This document shows, piece after piece, positions 1 to 8,276 of a DNA stretch of 64,000 nt. The stretch spans positions 225 through 64,224 of the forward strand of contig JAKAKZ010000004.1 in the NCBI GenBank assembly GCA_021824285.1, read 5' to 3'. The position numbers and the translations under genes are program-made. This stretch comes from a bacterium (GTDB taxonomy: Bacteria; Patescibacteriota; Patescibacteriia; SG8-24). Position 1 is the first letter of the stretch; each line of letters opens with the position of its first letter. Below the pieces are notes generated by a model. The model was not told where the DNA came from. It saw only the letters and a program-made list of their open reading frames with translations, and made no database searches.

Positions 1-20
1 ATCCTCCTCCCGATAAGCCT

Positions 21-1070
21 ATGGGCATGGTTACGCAAAAAACCCGCGGCGAGCTGATCCGGAATCTGTTTCCAGAGCTACCCGACTACCGCTTCCGCCA
101 GACGGAAGAGGCGGTTTTTCATGCCGGCTGGAAATCCTGGAACGACGTCTCGAACCTGCCGGGTGAGGCCCGCGCCAAATTGGCGGCCGAAGTCCCCTGG
201 ACGTCCTGGACCGCCGCGGACCTGCACCGCAGCGCGGCCGGCGACACCTTCAAGACCATCCTGGGACTGCCGGACGGCAACCGCATCGAAACCGTGCTCA
301 TGAAGAACAGCCGCGGCCAATGGACGGTCTGCGTCTCCTCGCAGGTCGGCTGCGCCATGAAGTGCGCCTTCTGCGCCACCGGTACCATGGGGCTGCTCCG
401 CAACCTCACGTCCGACGAAATCGTCGACCAGGTCCGCTACTGGCTGGATTTCGTCGCCTCACCGGAAGGGCCGGGCAGCCGCATCAGCAACATCGTTTTC
501 ATGGGCATGGGCGAGCCGCTGGCCAACTACGAGAACGTGAAGGAGTCCATCCGAACCGTCCTGAAGCGCACCGACATCGGCCTCACCCGCATTACCGTCT
601 CGACTTCCGGCATGCTGCCGCAACTCGAAGCGTTGCTCCTGGACCAGGACTGGCCGGACGTGCGTCTGGCCGTCTCGCTCCACAGCGCGGACGCCAAGAC
701 CCGCGCACAGATCATGCCGAGCTCGTATGAAGGGTTCTTGGAGCGGCTGAAGAACTGGGCGCTGAAGTACCTGGCCGCGAAAGGCGGCGGGCGGCGGCAC
801 CTCACCTTCGAACACATCATGCTCGGCAACGTGAACGACTCGCCGGAGCACGCGGCGAAACTCGCTGATTTCGCCAAGTCCATCGGCGACGTGCGCGTGA
901 ACCTCATCCCCTACAACCGCACGGACGCCGGTTTCGCGGTCACGCCGGACGCGCGCATCCGCGCTTTCATGGACGTGCTGGAACGGAACGGCATCACGGT
1001 CACGCGCCGCAAGAGCCAGGGCGACGACATCGCCGCGGCCTGCGGTCAGCTGGTCGTCCGAAAAAGTTGA
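21..1070 (+). CDS. rlmN: 23S rRNA (adenine2503-C2)-methyltransferase RlmN, radical SAM
   Basis: 349 aa with the CxxxCxxC cluster (CAMKCAFC) and GMGEP motif typical of RlmN/Cfr. Ends in TGA. Confidence 0.9.
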   Translation: MGMVTQKTRGELIRNLFPELPDYRFRQTEEAVFHAGWKSWNDVSNLPGEARAKLAAEVPWTSWTAADLHRSAAGDTFKTILGLPDGNRIETVLMKNSRGQWTVCVSSQVGCAMKCAFCATGTMGLLRNLTSDEIVDQVRYWLDFVASPEGPGSRISNIVFMGMGEPLANYENVKESIRTVLKRTDIGLTRITVSTSGMLPQLEALLLDQDWPDVRLAVSLHSADAKTRAQIMPSSYEGFLERLKNWALKYLAAKGGGRRHLTFEHIMLGNVNDSPEHAAKLADFAKSIGDVRVNLIPYNRTDAGFAVTPDARIRAFMDVLERNGITVTRRKSQGDDIAAACGQLVVRKS

Positions 1071-1105
1071 TAGTTGAAAGTTTTAGCAGATAACTCTCAA
1101 CTTCC
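1066..1105. repeat. AT-rich inverted-repeat hairpin (gttgatagttgaaagtt ... aactctcaacttcc), an 'empty' copy of the flank structure of repeat family A
   Basis: The same IR arms flank the family-A cores at 24226-24366 and 25833-25975. Here the arms are separated only by ttagcagat. The element overlaps the rlmN stop. Confidence 0.5.
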
Positions 1106-1213
1106 AGCTCTCACCCGCCCGCTTGTCGACCGCCATACGTCATTGACACGGACTTCAAAGACGACTAGGTTGATGCCGACGGAAGTCCGCTCCTTGCCCC
1201 CGAAAGGACTGTC

Positions 1214-1513
1214 GTGAACCGATCGCAGACCGAGAATCAGCCCGGCAGCACCGGATGGCGCTGGATTGTTCTGTTCCTGCTCTGCGCCGCGGGAATTCAG
1301 GCCTTCTTCGGCTACCGAGAATGGAAGCGCAACCGCCTCATTGAGTGCGCCCTGCGCGTCTACCAAGACAACAGCGCGGTAATCGACCGCTACGATCTCT
1401 GCACCCATCTCGAGCCGGTCGCCGGCGAAACGGAGGAACAGCGCAACAGCCGCTGCCAGCAATCCCTGAACCGCGACCTTACGGACATCGACAAAGCATG
1501 TCCGAAAAGCTGA
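1214..1513 (+). CDS. hypothetical small membrane protein
   Basis: 99 aa with a GTG start preceded by GAAAGGA and one predicted TM segment (WRWIVLFLLCAAGIQAFF). A hairpin plus T-tract lies downstream at about 1624-1645. No recognisable family. Confidence 0.3.
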   Translation: MNRSQTENQPGSTGWRWIVLFLLCAAGIQAFFGYREWKRNRLIECALRVYQDNSAVIDRYDLCTHLEPVAGETEEQRNSRCQQSLNRDLTDIDKACPKS

Positions 1514-1623
1514 TCGACCGGAACGGCCATCATAGGCCGTTTTTTGCTGCAACGACTTTGCCGACTGGACGACTTGCGCTCAATGCCGTTGTCCTGTATA
1601 GTCATGAGCGATAAGAGATTCCT

Positions 1624-1645
1624 GCCGCCGCCTAGGCGGTTTTTA
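1624..1645 (+). terminator. putative rho-independent terminator
   Basis: ccgcc-ta-ggcgg hairpin followed by ttttt. Confidence 0.4.
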
Positions 1646-1677
1646 GGACCAAGTAATTCACCTGAATTACGCTCAAT

Positions 1678-1881
1678 ATGGCCGAAAATCAGGCTACCGG
1701 TAACTCCCTCGTGACGTACCTCAAGGAATCCAAAGAGGAACTCAAGAAAGTCGCCTGGCCGTCCCGGGACACGGTCGTCCGCGACACCATCGTGGTACTG
1801 GCGCTCTCCGGCGCCGTCGCCGCTTTCTTCGGCGTGCTCGACTTCCTCCTGACCTACGGCTTTCGCCAGATTCTTCAGTAA
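1678..1881 (+). CDS. secE: preprotein translocase subunit SecE
   Basis: 67 aa with a single C-terminal TM helix. Sits in the conserved position immediately upstream of nusG. Confidence 0.85.
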   Translation: MAENQATGNSLVTYLKESKEELKKVAWPSRDTVVRDTIVVLALSGAVAAFFGVLDFLLTYGFRQILQ

Positions 1882-1919
1882 TCTGAAGCTTAAGGCCTGA
1901 AGCCCCAAGCCCCAACGAT

Positions 1920-2465
1920 ATGCCCAAACAGACCCGCCAACTCGGCAAGCGCTGGTACGCCATCCACACCTACTCCGGCTACGAGGAGAACGTGGCGCAG
2001 AACCTGAAACAGCGCATCGAGTCCATGGACATGCAGGACAAGATCTTCGACATCATGATCCCGAAGGAGAAGAAGATCCGCATCAAGAACGGCAAGCGCA
2101 AGATTGTGGAGGAGAAGATCTTCCCCGGCTACGTGCTCGTGGAGATGATTGTCACGGACGACTCCTGGTACGTGGTGCGCAACACGCCGAGCGTGACCGG
2201 TTTCATCGGCACGGGCGTGGATCCGACGCCGATCGCCGAAACGGAGATCAAGGCGCTGCAGAAACGCATGGGCCTTGAGGAGCCGGAATTCAAGATCGAC
2301 GTGGTCGTGAACTCGGCCGTGAAGATCACCGACGGCCCGTTCAAGGGCTTCGAGGGCAAGGTAGCCGAAATCGACGAGGCGCGCGGCAAGATCAAGGTGC
2401 TCGTCTCGATGTTCGGCCGCGAGACGCCGGTCGAGCTGGATTTCTTGCAGGTGAAAAAAATATAA
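1920..2465 (+). CDS. nusG: transcription termination/antitermination factor NusG
   Basis: 181 aa with an NGN domain (KRWYAIHTYSGYE) and a C-terminal KOW motif. Confidence 0.9.
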   Translation: MPKQTRQLGKRWYAIHTYSGYEENVAQNLKQRIESMDMQDKIFDIMIPKEKKIRIKNGKRKIVEEKIFPGYVLVEMIVTDDSWYVVRNTPSVTGFIGTGVDPTPIAETEIKALQKRMGLEEPEFKIDVVVNSAVKITDGPFKGFEGKVAEIDEARGKIKVLVSMFGRETPVELDFLQVKKI

Positions 2466-2469
2466 GGAC

Positions 2470-2535
2470 TTTCCCGACTTAAAGTCGGGACCCCGCCCCG
2501 CATTAAACTAAGATGAAAGTGGCGGGGCCTCCAGG
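2470..2535. repeat. degenerate copy of dispersed two-hairpin element (family A)
   Basis: tttcccgac-ttaa-agtcggga followed by ccccgcc...ggcgggg. Same architecture as the copies at 24284, 25900, 41646 and 44066. Confidence 0.4.
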
Positions 2536-2563
2536 TCAAAAAGATCTAAACCGAATGCAGACA

Positions 2564-2593
2564 CCCCGGGCCGCAAGCCCGGGGTTTTGTTTT
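2564..2593 (+). terminator. rho-independent terminator after nusG
   Basis: ccccgggc-cgcaa-gcccgggg stem-loop followed by ttttgtttt. Confidence 0.7.
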
Positions 2594-2634
2594 AGCGAAA
2601 GGCAGGAAACCGCCAAGTTCGTCGCATAAGAACT

Positions 2635-2666
2635 GCTAAAAACAAAAACCGGCCGTTGAAGGCCGG
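2635..2666 (-). terminator. rho-independent terminator for the 2679..2930 gene
   Basis: ccggcc-gttgaa-ggccgg hairpin with a T-tract on the minus strand (aaaaacaaaaa on plus). Confidence 0.55.
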
Positions 2667-2678
2667 AAGGCGGAGAGT

Positions 2679-2930
2679 TCAGGACAGCAGGCGGACGATG
2701 GTCATGCCGGCGCACCAGCCGACCGTGAACACCAGGCCGCGGATAACGCTAGGCCAGAGGCCCTGACCGCGCCAGATTCGCCAAAGGGTGATGAGACCCA
2801 TCACCGCGCATGTGGTCGCGACCCCGAGCAGCGCGCTGTTCAGGGGCGTGAGATACTGGGCGGCCGCGCCGCCGGCGAGACACATGACGAACGACACCGG
2901 TACTTCACCTGGACGAAGAGGGGCTTCCAT
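2679..2930 (-). CDS. hypothetical small membrane protein (2 TM)
   Basis: 83 aa with two hydrophobic helices. Its own terminator lies downstream. Confidence 0.5.
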   Translation of the reverse strand: MEAPLRPGEVPVSFVMCLAGGAAAQYLTPLNSALLGVATTCAVMGLITLWRIWRGQGLWPSVIRGLVFTVGWCAGMTIVRLLS

Positions 2931-3037
2931 GTCTGTCCTCCGAAAAAGAACCTTAAGGAGTTAAGCACGCCTACGCTAATAGTCAATGTTCCAAGTTGAG
3001 GCGACAAAAAAAGCCCCACCGAAGGGGCCGAAGAGAC

Positions 3038-3670
3038 CTACCGTCCGAATTCCCGGAGCAGGCCGAGATCCACGAGCTGGGAGACCAGGCGGTCGTCGTA
3101 GAGGAACGAGTTCAGGCTCTCGGCCACGGACTTGCCATGGCCCAGCTCGATCATCAGCCGGCCCGTGTCCGCGCCGAGATGGCGGAACGACGAGAGCCGC
3201 GCGGCCAAAGTCGCGCCGCAGCCTTTCTGCAGGAGCCGCTGTGCCAGGGCGTCATGGTCGAGGCCGGTCAGGTAGTTGACGAGGCGAGGCACCACCTCCA
3301 CATCGCCGATGGTGATCAGCGCCTCCGCGGTGCGGAACCCGAGCCGACCGAAGGAGCCGACGTTGAGCTCGAATTCCTTGGCGAAGCCCAGGGCGACAAG
3401 GCGCAGGGCGACCTCCTCGTTCAGCCCGCTGAACCGGCCGAGACTGTCGATCACCTGACGCGGGTAGCCGAGATCGATGAGGCGCAGGGCCACGCGCGCG
3501 TCGAGCAGGCGAAAGCGGTGCAGGTTGTCGAGCACCGCATGCGTGCAGTACTCGGCGATGAACCGCAGTGCCGTCGCCGGATGCCTGTCGTCCGGCATCT
3601 CGTCCACAATCTTGAGATCGTGGTTGGCGAGGTAGTACGCGACCGCGTCTTCAGGATTCCAGTTGGGCAT
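3038..3670 (-). CDS. hypothetical repeat-containing protein (about 27-aa Leu/Arg-rich tandem repeats)
   Basis: ORF 3038..3715. The probable start is the internal Met giving MPNWNPED... Internal repeats of the form ALRLIDLGY.../ALRLVALGF.../AQRLLQKGC.../GRLMIELGH.../SQLVDLGLL... No known family recognised. Confidence 0.5.
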   Translation of the reverse strand: MPNWNPEDAVAYYLANHDLKIVDEMPDDRHPATALRFIAEYCTHAVLDNLHRFRLLDARVALRLIDLGYPRQVIDSLGRFSGLNEEVALRLVALGFAKEFELNVGSFGRLGFRTAEALITIGDVEVVPRLVNYLTGLDHDALAQRLLQKGCGATLAARLSSFRHLGADTGRLMIELGHGKSVAESLNSFLYDDRLVSQLVDLGLLREFGR

Positions 3671-3766
3671 GATTCTCTTTCCTCGTACGTGAAATGAGCG
3701 GCCGCAACCTATCATGTCCGGACGGCCACGTCAAGCCGACGCACAGCGGTCCGCCTTATTTTCCCA

Positions 3767-4501
3767 TTGCCGACTGCGGCCAAAGTGCTAACATTCAGCG
3801 ATGTCCTTTCACTTTCGAAGCGAGGTTACGCCATGTTCGATCCGCTGGCACTCGATGAGTTCGAATCCCGCACCGGCATCCGCAAAAGCGATTTTTCCGG
3901 CATTTGGGACCGCGCCGACCGCATCGTGGCCCTGCGGGACCTGGCCGCAGTCACGGGCGTGCAGGCCATGCCCTGGCCGTATCTCGAAAAGCTCATCCGC
4001 GGCGTGACGCTCGCCGGCGACCGCACCCGCCGCCCGTACCGCGACGGCCAGATTCGCCAACTCCGCATGGACCCCCGCGGCCTGACGCTCGGCCAGACCT
4101 TCATCCAGCGCTCCAAGTACCAGGCGCTCCTGGAGCACTTCGGCGATTTCTTCCGGGGCTTCTGCGTGACGAACGGCGTGGCCAAGTCGACGGCCGCCAT
4201 CGTCCTGGGGCGGACAGCGGACGGCACCCCGGCCATCGCGCACTACCTGCCGCCGATCGTCGAGGAACACGACGGGAAGTTCATCCTCATGGACGGCGTG
4301 CACCGGAACTTCCTGGTCCGCTGCGTCGGCACGACCATCGAGTCGATCGTCGTCCGGAACGTGGCCGAACCGTTCCCCTGCGACGCCCGCCCGTGGGAAG
4401 AGGTCCAAGTGACGGAAGAGAAGCCGGCCAAGGACCAGCGTTTCTTCAACCTCCGTCCGGAACTCTTCCGTGACGTGAAGCACATCGGCATCGACGGCTG
4501 A
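3767..4501 (+). CDS. ParB/Srx-like nuclease-domain protein (DGxHR motif)
   Basis: 244 aa with a TTG start. The motif ILMDGVHRNF matches the ParB-N/sulfiredoxin-fold catalytic signature. There is no HTH/ParB C-terminal dimerisation region, so this is not a canonical partition ParB. Confidence 0.55.
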   Translation: MPTAAKVLTFSDVLSLSKRGYAMFDPLALDEFESRTGIRKSDFSGIWDRADRIVALRDLAAVTGVQAMPWPYLEKLIRGVTLAGDRTRRPYRDGQIRQLRMDPRGLTLGQTFIQRSKYQALLEHFGDFFRGFCVTNGVAKSTAAIVLGRTADGTPAIAHYLPPIVEEHDGKFILMDGVHRNFLVRCVGTTIESIVVRNVAEPFPCDARPWEEVQVTEEKPAKDQRFFNLRPELFRDVKHIGIDG

Positions 4502-4544
4502 CTCCAGCCGTCTTTTTTTATCTCATGTGCCGCACCTGAATAAA

Positions 4545-4572
4545 AAAAGACCGGATCAGTTCCGGTCAAAAA
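4545..4572. terminator. bidirectional terminator-like hairpin
   Basis: aaaaaaa-gaccgga-tcagt-tccggtc-aaaaaa. Confidence 0.5.
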
Positions 4573-4832
4573 AGGGCGGGAATCCGTCGTAGCGGCTGAT
4601 TCGGCCGGCGCTGGCGCTTACGGCGCTCCGGCCTGAGCGGGATGGAATCGAATCGTTCCGACAGCCGGCGAACCTCGAGGAAACGCGCGGCCGGAATCGG
4701 CATCAGGACACAGCAGAGCCCCATGCCGGCTATCGCCAAACCGAGGAAACTCGCGCGAACCGACTCCCGAACCGCCCTCTTCAGACGCGTTTTGCGCATG
4801 TAAAGGCCTCTGATACGGCGTGTGGTGCGCAT
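4566..4832 (-). CDS. doubtful small basic ORF
   Basis: 88 aa, Arg-rich. The 3' end overlaps the terminator hairpin and no RBS is evident. Confidence 0.2.
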   Translation of the reverse strand: MRTTRRIRGLYMRKTRLKRAVRESVRASFLGLAIAGMGLCCVLMPIPAARFLEVRRLSERFDSIPLRPERRKRQRRPNQPLRRIPALF

Positions 4833-4974
4833 AAGTTAGACAAATAATTAAGGATTGTCAACCTAGCTGACAAGGTACGCGATTCGCCAGTGAAAGCAGC
4901 GCGTATCGCCAAAAACTCCACAAATATAAATGTGCCCTCCCCCGAAGCCGGGGAAGGGCACAGACTGCGTTCTT

Positions 4975-5055
4975 TGGCCCCAACGGGCCGTACGGGGTTT
5001 GGTTAGGCTCTGCCTTCTGCGATTTTGGCCCCAACGGGCCGTACTGGGTTTGGTT
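4975..5055. repeat. tandem direct repeat, 2 x about 31 nt (ttggccccaacgggccgtacKgggtttggtt), spaced 50 nt
   Basis: Two near-identical copies with one mismatch in the untranslated region upstream of rplK. Each contains a ggccc/gggcc mini-hairpin. Confidence 0.6.
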
Positions 5056-5376
5056 TCTTTGTTCGGCTTCATCACCGAACATCATAGGATAACACAAAAA
5101 GGCGTTTTTGTCAAGGGTATTTGACGCCATAAGAACGCCTTAATATAGCGAAAAAATAGACTAAAAACACGGCCAAATCTGGGCAATGGCTCTAGTGCGT
5201 CGCCTTTTTTGGTGAGGACGGAGAAACCAAACATCAACTGACCATCCCCGCCCGCCCACGCGCCCTTGCGCAAAAACCGTCTATAAGCTAATCTGGTGGT
5301 CGAATAAGCGGTGGGGCCGATGAGGCCCGCTTCTCGCCGCGACGTCACCTTATTGAACGTCGTTTTTTATTTTCGT

Positions 5377-5802
5377 ATGGCCAAGAAAATCAAAGTCCTC
5401 ATCAAGCTCCAGATTCCTGGCGCCAAGGCCAATCCGGCCCCGCCGGTCGGTCCGGCCCTCGGTCAGCACGGTCTGAACATCGCGGAGTTCTGCCAGAAGT
5501 TCAACGCCGCGACCCAGAAGATGGCCGGCGACATCATCCCGGTCGTCATCACCGTCTACGAGGACCGCACCTACACCTTCGTCCTCAAGACCCCGCCGGC
5601 TTCCGAGCTCCTGAAGAAGGCCGCCGGCATCCCGAAGGGTTCGGGCAAGCCGCTCACCGAGAAGGTCGGCAAGGTCACGAAAGCCCAGATCCGCGAGATC
5701 GCCGAAAAGAAGCTCCCAGACCTGAACACCACGAACATCGAGTCCGCCATGCGCACCATCGAGGGCACCGCCCGGCAGATGGGACTCGAGGTGACTCCGT
5801 AG
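5377..5802 (+). CDS. rplK: 50S ribosomal protein L11
   Basis: [32 protein letters not shown]... is the canonical L11 N-terminus. The internal Met is taken as start (ORF opens at 5311). Confidence 0.9.
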   Translation: MAKKIKVLIKLQIPGAKANPAPPVGPALGQHGLNIAEFCQKFNAATQKMAGDIIPVVITVYEDRTYTFVLKTPPASELLKKAAGIPKGSGKPLTEKVGKVTKAQIREIAEKKLPDLNTTNIESAMRTIEGTARQMGLEVTP

Positions 5803-5931
5803 GAGTCATCCCGAGCGCAGCGAGGGATCCCGTCCATTTCGCGTCGAGATTGCTTCGCTCCGCTCGCAATGACATAAGATATTATTCACGTGGGAGGACC
5901 GATTTAACGGCCCGCCCGTACCACGACATAT

Positions 5932-6615
5932 ATGGCTCGCAGCAAACGCTACAAGGAACTCAAGACGCAGGTCGACTCCAAGAAAACCTACTCCCCGGAG
6001 GAGGCCATCGAGCTCGTGAAGAAGACCGCCACGACCAAGTTCGACTCCTCCGTTGAGGTCCATGTCCGCCTGGGCATCGACCCGAAGAAGGGCGAACAGA
6101 TGGTCCGCGGCACCACGACCCTGCCGCACGGCACGGGCAAGACCAAGAAGGTCGCCGTCTTCACCACCTCCCCGGACAAGGAGAAAGAGGCCAAGGATGC
6201 CGGCGCCGATCTCATCGGCGGCGAGGAGCTCGTCAGCCAGATCGTCTCCACCGGCAAGTGCGACTTCGACATCGCGGTCGCCACGCCGGACATGATGCCG
6301 AAGATGGCCAAGGCCGCCAAAGTCCTCGGTCCGAAGGGCCTCATGCCGAGCCCGAAGAACGACACCGTGACCGCCAAGGTCAAGGAGACCGTCGCGGCCC
6401 TCAAGAAGGGCAAAGTCGCGTTCAAGAACGACGACACCGCGAACGTGCACCAGGTCATCGGCAAGGCCTCGTTCGCTTCGGCCCAGCTGGTCGAGAACTT
6501 CAGCGCCCTCATGGATGCCCTGCGCCGCGCCAAGCCGTCCAGCTCCAAGGGTACCTATCTCATCTCCGTGACCCTGACCTCCACGATGGGCCCGGCGGTG
6601 AAGGTCCAGCTCTAA
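5932..6615 (+). CDS. rplA: 50S ribosomal protein L1
   Basis: 227 aa. MARSKRYKELKTQVD... is canonical L1. Confidence 0.9.
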   Translation: MARSKRYKELKTQVDSKKTYSPEEAIELVKKTATTKFDSSVEVHVRLGIDPKKGEQMVRGTTTLPHGTGKTKKVAVFTTSPDKEKEAKDAGADLIGGEELVSQIVSTGKCDFDIAVATPDMMPKMAKAAKVLGPKGLMPSPKNDTVTAKVKETVAALKKGKVAFKNDDTANVHQVIGKASFASAQLVENFSALMDALRRAKPSSSKGTYLISVTLTSTMGPAVKVQL

Positions 6616-6699
6616 TCAGTTATCCGATTCCGACTGGACGGCATATGGCGTATAATGCCATATGCCGTCTGCGTTTGGCGGCTAGTCCGCCTCACTGAC

Positions 6700-7053
6700 A
6701 TGAAACTTCCCGTCCGCAAAACCCTGGCCGTCGTGAGCGGCGCGCTGCTCACGGCCTCCCCGGCTTCGGCCGAGGTGCTGTTCACGGCCAATGCCCCAAC
6801 CGAGACCGTCGTCACCGGCATCCTCCGTTTTGCCCTGGCGCTGACGTCGCTGTTCCTCATGGTCGGCGTCGGTCAGGCCTGGCACCAGCTGCAAAACCAC
6901 GGCGGCAACGAGGAACGCAAGGCCGCGGCCCACGTCGCCTTCCGCGATGCGGTGCTTTTCTTCCTGCTGATCATCGCGGCCGGCTATGCCGTACCGTCGG
7001 CCGTGAACATCGCCTTCGCCGTGATCAATAACGGCGTCTCCATCAGCCTTTGA
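6700..7053 (+). CDS. TrbC/VirB2-like pilin family protein
   Basis: Signal peptide (MKLPVRKTLAVVSGALLTASPASA|EV), then two TM helices separated by a short charged loop, then a short tail. This is the VirB2/TrbC topology. The ORF opens at 6655, and the 6700 Met is the likelier start. The stop overlaps the dut start. Confidence 0.5.
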   Translation: MKLPVRKTLAVVSGALLTASPASAEVLFTANAPTETVVTGILRFALALTSLFLMVGVGQAWHQLQNHGGNEERKAAAHVAFRDAVLFFLLIIAAGYAVPSAVNIAFAVINNGVSISL

Positions 7054-7054
7054 T

Positions 7055-7486
7055 ATGCGCCTTAACCTCACGCGCGTCGACCGGGAGCTCCCCCTTCCCG
7101 CCTACGCCACCGCGGGCTCCGTCGCCTTCGACGTCTACGCCCGGACGGAGACGACTGTCGCGCCCAAGACAGTCGCGCTCATCCCCACGAACCTGATCGT
7201 GCAGGTGCCGGAAGGCTACGCCTTCCTGCTCTGCTCGCGCTCTTCGACGCCGGTCAAGAAAGGCCTGCTCACGCCGCACGGTTTCGGCATCGTGGACCAG
7301 GATTTCTGCGGGCCAAACGACGAGCTGCGGGCCCAGGTCTACAACTTCACCGATGCGCCGATCACCGTGGCGCGCGGCGAACGGATCGCGCAGGCGCTCT
7401 TGGTGCCCATCGCCAAATGCGATCTGCAGGAAACAGAGGTCGCGACCGCCGCGAGCCGCGGAGGCTTCGGTTCCACCGGAAGGTAG
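7055..7486 (+). CDS. dut: dUTP diphosphatase
   Basis: 143 aa with dUTPase motifs (AGSVAFDVYA, RSS, GxVDxDF.G, RGGFGSTG). Confidence 0.85.
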   Translation: MRLNLTRVDRELPLPAYATAGSVAFDVYARTETTVAPKTVALIPTNLIVQVPEGYAFLLCSRSSTPVKKGLLTPHGFGIVDQDFCGPNDELRAQVYNFTDAPITVARGERIAQALLVPIAKCDLQETEVATAASRGGFGSTGR

Positions 7487-7504
7487 CCCGGAATATCTTC
7501 CGGA

Positions 7505-7537
7505 ACAAAAAAGCCCGCGCAAGTGCGCGGGTTTTGC
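7505..7537. terminator. bidirectional rho-independent terminator between dut and gmk
   Basis: aaaaaa-gcccgcgc-aagt-gcgcggg-ttttg. A second hairpin, gcctgac-g-gtcaggc, lies at 7541-7555. Confidence 0.6.
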
Positions 7538-7563
7538 GTTGCCTGACGGTCAGGCGCCGACGG

Positions 7564-8157
7564 CTACTTGATCTGGCCGGAAGTCAGCAGGCTGTTCACG
7601 AAGGCGTCGAGACGGTCGATGGCCTCGTCGAGCCGGCCGTCGCGGTTCACCACGACGAGCGACACCAGATCGGCGCGCTCCGTGACGAAACGCTCTTCGC
7701 GGGCCGCATTGCGGACGCGGCGCTCCAGGTCCTCCGGCGTGGTGCCCGGACGCTCCGAGAGGCGGCGCCGGATCTCGCGGATGTTGCCGGCGTCGACGAA
7801 GACGACGCGCGCCTCCGGCAGCACCCCCTTGATCGTCGCGGTGCCCTGCACGTCGACCACGCCGAAGACGATCGGATGGTCGATGCGCAAGCGCCGCAGA
7901 ACCTCGCGCGAAGAGCCGTAGAAGTGGGCGTGGACTTCCGCCCACTCCAGGAACTCGCCGCGGTCGCGGCGGGCCGTAAAATCCTCGGGCGTAGTGAAAT
8001 GGTAATCGCGCCCGCTGACCTCGCCGGGCCGTGGCGCCCGCGTGGTGGTGGTGATGAGGCGCGCCGCCGAAGGGTGGCGGCGCAGCATCTCGTCGACCAG
8101 AGTGGATTTTCCGGCGGCAGATGGGCCGGTGATGATGACGAAAGCGCCGAGTTGCAT
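7564..8157 (-). CDS. gmk: guanylate kinase
   Basis: 197 aa with P-loop GPSAAGKST and the guanylate kinase fold. Confidence 0.9.
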   Translation of the reverse strand: MQLGAFVIITGPSAAGKSTLVDEMLRRHPSAARLITTTTRAPRPGEVSGRDYHFTTPEDFTARRDRGEFLEWAEVHAHFYGSSREVLRRLRIDHPIVFGVVDVQGTATIKGVLPEARVVFVDAGNIREIRRRLSERPGTTPEDLERRVRNAAREERFVTERADLVSLVVVNRDGRLDEAIDRLDAFVNSLLTSGQIK

Positions 8158-8276
8158 GGTATCTCCGGTTCAAAGAGCCTTGTATTTTGTTGGCGCTACC
8201 TTAGCGGCCCGGCGGCCAATAGTCAACGGCGGACGGGACCGGCGGACCGGCCAGGATTTGGGAGCAATAACCCCGG

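Noticed and set aside
1560-1677. Expected tRNA-Trp upstream of secE
   Set aside because: No cloverleaf-compatible sequence (no GTTCGAATC-type T-loop or acceptor pairing) found. Only a terminator-like hairpin is present.
4975-5055. CRISPR array
   Set aside because: Only two direct repeats with a single 20-nt spacer-like gap and no cas genes. The family-A and family-B repeats are not regularly spaced and have no unique spacers.
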